NCBI GenBank assembly: GCA_964016885.1
Contig: CAXHJY010001028.1
Location: 1-64,000 of the forward strand
Length of the DNA stretch: 64,000 nucleotides
Direction of reading: 5' to 3'
From: Eledone cirrhosa
Taxonomy: Eukaryota
Shown one piece after another: positions 56,940 through 64,000 of the stretch. The notes below the pieces were generated by a model. That model saw only the letters and a list, made by a program, of their open reading frames with translations, was not told the origin of the DNA and searched no databases. A program made the translations under genes and the position numbers. Numbering within the stretch: position 1 is the first letter of the stretch; the number at the start of each line of letters is the position of its first letter.

Positions 56940-56985
56940 GGTGGTGGTAGAAGTAGTAGTAGTAGTAGTAGTGGTGGTGGTGGTG

Positions 56986-57068
<83 letters not shown>

Positions 57069-57120
57069 GGTAATAGTAGTAGTAGTAGTAGCAGCAGGCA
57101 GTGGTGGTGGTGGTGGTGAT
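55087..57120. repeat. (GTA/GCA)n and (GTA/GTG/GAA)n trinucleotide tracts
   Basis: Direct reading: 55087-56410 and 56536-57120. Confidence 0.9.
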
Positions 57121-57640
57121 TGTGAAAGTGATTATTATGATGATGATGATGATGTAATCTAAAAACGAAAAGAACGAAAATAAAATGTCTCCTTACGAAA
57201 TGACACTAAATCTTGGATTAATGGATGGATTGGCTGTCTGTCTGTCTGTCTTGGTGTCTATCAATCCCTCTCTTTCCTTTACTCACTCTTTCTCTCTTTC
57301 TCTCTCCTTATCTCTCTCTCTCCCTCTTTCTCTTATACACACTCACTCTCTCTCTCTCTGAGATGAAGATTACAGAGAATCAATCACTTCCCCTTCCTCT
57401 TCAGCTTCATTTCTTCCTCCTACCCGCCTCCCTCTTTATACCCCCCCTCCTCTCTCCTGCTGTCAGTCACTAAGCCATTCCACCCGGGGGGGTGGGGGTG
57501 GGGGTGTAGATGCAATTTAACTCTACATCAACCCCAACATTCAAACACGTGCACCAACTTGCGCCCCCCATTGTACTTCTACACATACATGCACATACAT
57601 ACATACATACATACATACATACATACATACATACATACAT

Positions 57641-57673
<33 letters not shown>

Positions 57674-57805
57674 TACATACACACACACACGCAAGTGAGT
57701 TTCACCTGTTTGTCACAGGGTCATTAGACAAGAACTCTCTCTCTATATATATATATATAAATATATATGTGTGTGTATGTATATATGTATATATATAAAT
57801 ATATA

Positions 57806-57957
57806 TATCATCATCATCGTTTTACGTCCATTTTTCCACGTGGATTAGACGTGTTGTCCTGTTGTGGGCAATGCCAGGTCAGGTGACCATGTGTTGCTCA
57901 TACAAAACTGATATTGGCTTGATTTCTACAGCTGGATGCCCTTCCTAACACCAACCT
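57806..57957 (-). mobile_element. SINE/LINE 3' end with (GAT)n tail; related plus-strand fragment at 47262-47371
   Basis: Minus strand: ggttggtgttaggaagggcatccagctgtagaaatc...gacgtaaaacgatgatg. Confidence 0.6.
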
Positions 57958-57974
57958 CATTTATATATATTTTA

Positions 57975-58006
<32 letters not shown>

Positions 58007-58107
58007 TGTATGTATATATATATGAATATATATACATACATACACACCAGCGAATTACTGGTGGTGGTACCAATATAAGAACACACACACATATACATAC
58101 ATATATA

Positions 58108-58515
58108 CATGGTGGCTGCCGACTCGTCTTCGAGTACGGCCACTACTTTATATCCATGTAGGAGAACCCCTACCGATGCGCTGAACAAGTGTGACTTTTT
58201 AGTCCAGCCAGCGACTTGAAAACTCTGGTACAAACACTACACTTGTGACAATTATTGACACATAGTGCTGGGCCAATGGTACCATGTGACGACAAGTGCA
58301 GAGAGATCTCCAGATATAAAGCAATGCCTGTGCCGTGAAGCTTTTATAGTGAGCAAAGGCACTGCACAAAGCCAGTCCCACTCTCTTAACCAAGATGATA
58401 TTTACCAAAAAGAAGAACAAGTCAACATCATTGGATACCATCAGGGTTGCAGGTGTTATATCAGAGTTTTCCTTCTCCTAGAATTCTGCCTTGACAAAGG
58501 CTAAGGGGTCATCTC
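58108..58515 (-). mobile_element. 5'-truncated copy of the RTE derivative
   Basis: Reverse complement of about 44116-44522. Confidence 0.7.
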
Positions 58516-58849
58516 ATACATACATACATACATACATACACACATACATACATACATACATACATATATACGTACATACATACATAACGGACGACTGAGA
58601 AATGAACAAAAATGTCTCTACATGGGTCACTTTAAACTCGTTGACCTTTCAACGTTGACCTTCGTCCCCTAAAATCAAACATGAGCAGCATTAATCAACT
58701 ATCTGACGGAGCGGGAGCATGAACGAAATCGTAGAGAAGTTTCCACCAAGCTGCCAAATATAATTGTTATGTAGGAACACGAAGTCATGTTAAAAATTTA
58801 CATAGCCGTCACACAACTGTCATGGCGGTGCTTTGTCAGACTTGTTTGA

Positions 58850-58986
58850 ACGTTGGATAGAATGTTTCGGGGATTGTTCGTTGCTGCTCTTTGCTCTCAA
58901 CTGTCTGAGTTCAAATCCCGCCTATATCAACTTTTACTTTCATCCTTTCGACGTCCATAAAATAAGTACCTGTTTACTACTGGAGC

Positions 58987-58987
<1 letters not shown>
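58850..58987 (+). mobile_element. tRNA-derived SINE, diverged
   Basis: ctgagttcaaatcccgcc...ctttcatcctttcg...aaataagtacc. Confidence 0.6.
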
Positions 58988-59027
<40 letters not shown>

Positions 59028-59166
59028 GAAGAAATCTGTTGTGTTCAGTTCTAGAGCAGATTTTAAAAACGCTCAACCTACTTTTATATCTCTACAGCTC
59101 CTTTACGTCTTCACCAGGAGTTACAGATATATACATATATACATATATATACATATATACATATAT

Positions 59167-59206
<40 letters not shown>

Positions 59207-59404
59207 ATCAACAACAACAATGGCCTCAGCTTGTCTGCTGTAAAAACGTAATAGAGTAAAACCAACACCACCACCACCAACAACAACAACAGCACATACA
59301 ACAGCAACAAACTTGTTATTTTCCTGATACAGGTTCTTATCAACCAAACATTAAAACTATTTCCGGTAACGTGATATAAGTATATATATATGTGTATATA
59401 TATA

Positions 59405-59457
<53 letters not shown>

Positions 59458-59492
59458 TATATATACACATATATATATATATGTATGTATAC

Positions 59493-59706
<214 letters not shown>

Positions 59707-59814
59707 ACATATATATATATATGTGTGCGTGTGTATGTATGTATACATGTGTGTGTATGTGTGTGTGTGTGTGAATCTGACAAGTGACTGCAATACTCTT
59801 AGTGTGAGTTTGCA

Positions 59815-59881
<67 letters not shown>

Positions 59882-61215
59882 GGAGAAAATATAAGCCGCC
59901 AGGTGTCACTAGGTGTTGTTAGGTGTTGTTAGTTGTCACTAGATGTCGCTCAAATTCTACCTCCACCAACACCACCCCCTCCTCTACCTTACCCTAGCCA
60001 CCACACCGCCCCGTCTCACACTCGTACTGTTTAATAGCCTCAGGTATTTAAGTACTGGTTCGGTGTCTTGTTCGAGTTGGACATTATATAGACACATACA
60101 CACACTACATACATACACTACATATACATACACACACTACATACACACTACATACATACACTACATATACATACACACTACATACATACACACACTACAT
60201 ACACACTACATACACATACACACTACATACACATACACACTACATACACACACTACATACACATACACACTACATACATACACACACTACATACATACAC
60301 ACACTACATACACACTACATACACATATACACTACATACACATACACACTACATACATACACACACTACATACACACACTACATACACATACACACTACA
60401 TACACATACACACTACATACACATACATACACACACACACACACACACACTACACACACACACACACACTACATACATACACTACATACTTACACGGGCA
60501 CACACAGACACACGTATGTATATATATATATATATATATATATAAACTCACACATGCACACATACATACACTGGTACATGTACCCCCCCCCCCCCCCCCT
60601 CACATAAGTACTTGACACGAGGACCCGTTTCTCTCTCTCTCCTCCCACACAACAATACTCAGACCTGGTCCCTCAACCAGGGTTGATGGGATACCTTGCT
60701 TTACAAGGGGCCCCCTTTTATAACATCTCACCTCTCCACTCAGCCAGTGTCATATTCTCTGTAACAGGGCAGCTGGGGTGATGGGGATGGTGGTGGTGGT
60801 GTTGGTGGTGGTGGTGGTGTTGGTGATGGTGGTGATGGTGGTGGTGCTTGTGGTGTAGTGGTGAGGGTGGTTGTGATGGTTGTATTGGTTGTAACTGTGG
60901 TGTTGGTGGTGGTGGTGGTGGTGGTGGTGTTGGTGGTGGTGGTGGTGGTGGTGGTGGTGGTGTTGGTGTTGGTGTTGGTGTTGGTGGTGGTGCTAGAGAT
61001 TGCGTGATGGTAGTTGTGCGCCCTCTAATCTGGATGTGTATATATATATATATATGTAGGAGGTGAGTTTTATTGTAGTACAATAAAGCAATGCAGATAT
61101 CGGATAAGTAGCATTCTACAGTTTGTAGGACTGGAGTATAAATAATATATAAGATCATGTTAATTTAAAACTGCACTATTCACAAGTGTGTTTTAACCTT
61201 CATATCATGTCTCCC

Positions 61216-61286
61216 TATTTTATCTGACGAAAACGCAAATGTTATTACATGATGATATTTGTTTTTGAAATGCGCATAATAAAATA
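61216..61286 (+). ncRNA. Type I hammerhead ribozyme in a short (TA)n-flanked element (about 61037-61320)
   Basis: Stem I tattttat/ataaaata, 8 bp. CTGACGA at 61224-30. Stem II gcaaatgttatt/gatgatatttgt. GAAA at 61267-70. Palindromic stem III ATGCGCAT, AUA triplet. Confidence 0.85.
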
Positions 61287-61318
61287 CATGGAACTCTTTT
61301 AACCATCTTTTGATCTTA

Positions 61319-61371
<53 letters not shown>

Positions 61372-61373
<2 letters not shown>

Positions 61374-61648
61374 AAAAGATTAAGAGCCCCGACGGCTGAG
61401 CTCCGGGCGTTTCGACAGCTAGATGTTCGGATCTAGCTAGCTGTCGAAACGGCTAGAGCTCAACCGTCGGGGTCCTGAACTTTTTCCTATTACCCACTCT
61501 ACTACCCCAAGTATCGAGTACTCTGGTGGGTTATTTTTACCACACCCTATCTGATGTTAAGACCCTCTTCCTGCTATATCAAGGCTTAACCTAATATATC
61601 CCTTCTATATACTGTACCGATTGTGTTGTTATTTCTGTTTACTTTTTA
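61372..61648 (+). mobile_element. Family A (subfamily 2) insert with fold-back and a longer tail
   Basis: ccccgacggctgagctc...tttcgacagctag-atgttcggat-ctagctagctgtcgaaacggc...ccgtcggggtc, then ctattacccactctactaccccaagtatcgagtactctgg. Confidence 0.7.
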
Positions 61649-62146
61649 TATACACATATATATATATATATATATATCATTTTTTATGATTTAGTGTTCA
61701 AGAATAAAAACTAATGATAAAATTTAAATATATTTTTAAAATGTGGTTCCCTCGAGATTGTCTGGCCCTAAGCTATAGTTTATTTAGCTTCTAGGTAAGT
61801 CCAACACTGCATACATAACTAAAATATTTGGTGTTGTTATATTAATAAATTCACTGACTTGCAATAAAATCTTCCACCGTTGTTAGTTGTAATATTCTAT
61901 TAAAACTTTCTCACCCTTACATAACTATAATATTTGCTACATTTAGTTATGTTAAATAAATATTTACTTAATAAACATTGAAGGTATGTATTTCTACGAG
62001 ATAGATCTGTAAAGAACGCTGCAAAGTTTTGCACAACTTCAATCCTTTTATAGTAAAGGACGTTGGAGTGGCAATAATTCTTTATACATACATACATACA
62101 TACATACATACATACATACATACATACATACATACATACATGCTTA

Positions 62147-62445
62147 AGAGGGTCGACTGGAAAGTTCATTGGCTGACTAAGAAGGAGTGATGCTAGAGGT
62201 GTGAAATCTTGCATGCATAGTGGGAAATTATGCTGAAAAATTATTTGTTGAAAAATTAACCTCATTTGGTCATTCCATGAGAGTATCTTGGTCATAGGCT
62301 GACTACGAAAGAGTGATGCTAGTGCTGTGAAATCTTGCATGCATTAATATCAACTCTTTTTATTAATAACTGCATTGTTTAAGAATGAACCTCATTTGGT
62401 GATTCCATGAGAGTATCTTGGTCAGTTTATGAACTTTTCACCCTA
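62147..62445. mobile_element. Mariner-type MITE with an internal duplication; a terminal fragment of the same family lies at 453-527
   Basis: TIR gagggtcgactggaaagttcattggctgactaaga / tcttggtcagtttatgaacttttca. Confidence 0.65.
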
Positions 62446-63793
62446 TGTGATGGTAAAACAAGACATATCTGAAAAAATAAAACCACTCGGAACGCTCTCC
62501 AGAAACGGGGGGGGGGGGGGGGGGTAATACTGTTTCTGGTGCCATCATCTCTTCCGGTTGTGACGTAACTTTTACCATCCCATCCCCCATCTCTCTCTCT
62601 CTGTCTCTCTCACTGCCTCTCTCTCCCTCTCTCCCTCTTTCTCACCCATATCTCTCTCACTCTCTCTGCACCTCTCTCTCTGTCTAAATCTCTCTATCTA
62701 CATCTCCCTCAATCTCTCTCCCTTCCCCTCTCTTTCTCAATCTACCTCCCCTCTTCCTCTCTCTCTCTAGTCCATGCAACCTCCACCTAAAAGAAATACA
62801 TCACTATTAATATATAAAAAAATGTTTCATATTTCATTGTTTGGCAGCCATTGTCGTCTGCCTGTCCTTCCATTTTCAAAAAGGCTGTTACAACGACCTT
62901 CCATCACTCCCCCGCACACATATACCCAAATACATACATACATACATACATACATACATACATGCATGCATGCATGCATGCATACGTGCATGCATACATA
63001 CATACATGTATACATACATACATACATGCATGCACGTATGCATGCATACATACATATATACATCATACATACAAACGTACATAAATACATACTTACGTAC
63101 ATACATAGATACGTACGTACATATATACATACATAAACATACATACAGACAGACAGACAGACATATTTTAACACCTCATTCAAATAAAAAAAAAAGGAAT
63201 ATATTTCTTTTTTTTTTCCACCTTTAATTTCTCGCCTTTTCCTTCTACTCCTTCTTCCATCACCACCACCATCACCAACACCACCACTTCCTCCCACTAC
63301 TACCACCATCACAGCCACAACCACCACCTCCCACTACTACTCCTTCTTCCACCACCATCACCAACACCACCACTTCCTCCCATTACTACCACCATCACAG
63401 CCACCATCACCACCTCTCACTACTACTACTACTACTACCACCACCACCACCACCACCACCACCACCACCATTTCTATTGTTGTTCTTCATGTTCTCATTA
63501 TTTGTTTTTACTTTGTCCTTCCTCAATATTTCTTCATTTTCACAGAATTCATCTCAAACCCAGCGTCCTTTTCTTAAACTCACATCTCTCTCTCCCTCCC
63601 TCTTTCTCTCTCTCACATTCGCTCTCTCTCCCTCCCTCTTTCTCTCTCTCACATTCCCTCTCTCTCCCTCTTTCTCTCTCTCACATTCCCTCTCTCTCTC
63701 TCCCTCTTTCTCTCTCTCACTTTCCCTCTCTCTCTCTCCCTCTTTCTGTCTCTCACATTCCCTCTCTCCCTCTCTCCCTCTTTCTCTCTCTCA

Positions 63794-63880
<87 letters not shown>

Positions 63881-64000
63881 ACATTCCCTCTCTCTCCCTC
63901 TTTCTCTCTCTCGCATTCCCTCTCGCTCTCCCTCTTTCTCTCTCTCACATTCTCTCTCTCTCTCCTTATTCTCTCCCTTCCCCCCTCTCTCTCTGTCTCT

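Overview
Eukaryotic, AT-rich, microsatellite-saturated DNA. The (TA)n/(CA)n/(GA)n density and the SINE and LINE families resemble an octopus or other coleoid cephalopod (inference). Almost all ORFs in the track are microsatellite artefacts. The one convincing protein gene is an intact Penelope-like retroelement (PLE) ORF at 32875-35316, with a reverse transcriptase and a C-terminal GIY-YIG endonuclease (Hydra-clade-like). It lies in a 6.6-kb unit (32522-39152) inserted in (TA)n and bounded by identical 64-nt direct repeats. The 3' repeat is the downstream strand of a complete hammerhead ribozyme (38944-39098), and the 5' repeat begins exactly at that ribozyme's predicted cleavage site. The unit also carries about 3.6 kb of microsatellite-like 3' sequence. 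The rest of the window holds at least six more complete or near-complete hammerheads from different families, plus half or degenerate ones. Most are in short inserts in (TA)n, and many are folded into palindromes whose centre often lies at ribozyme stem II. Also present: RTE and L1/Tx1-like LINE ends, a bipartite non-autonomous RTE, tRNA-SINEs, mariner/Tc2/hAT MITEs, a Helitron-like end, three minisatellites and a few weak host-exon candidates.
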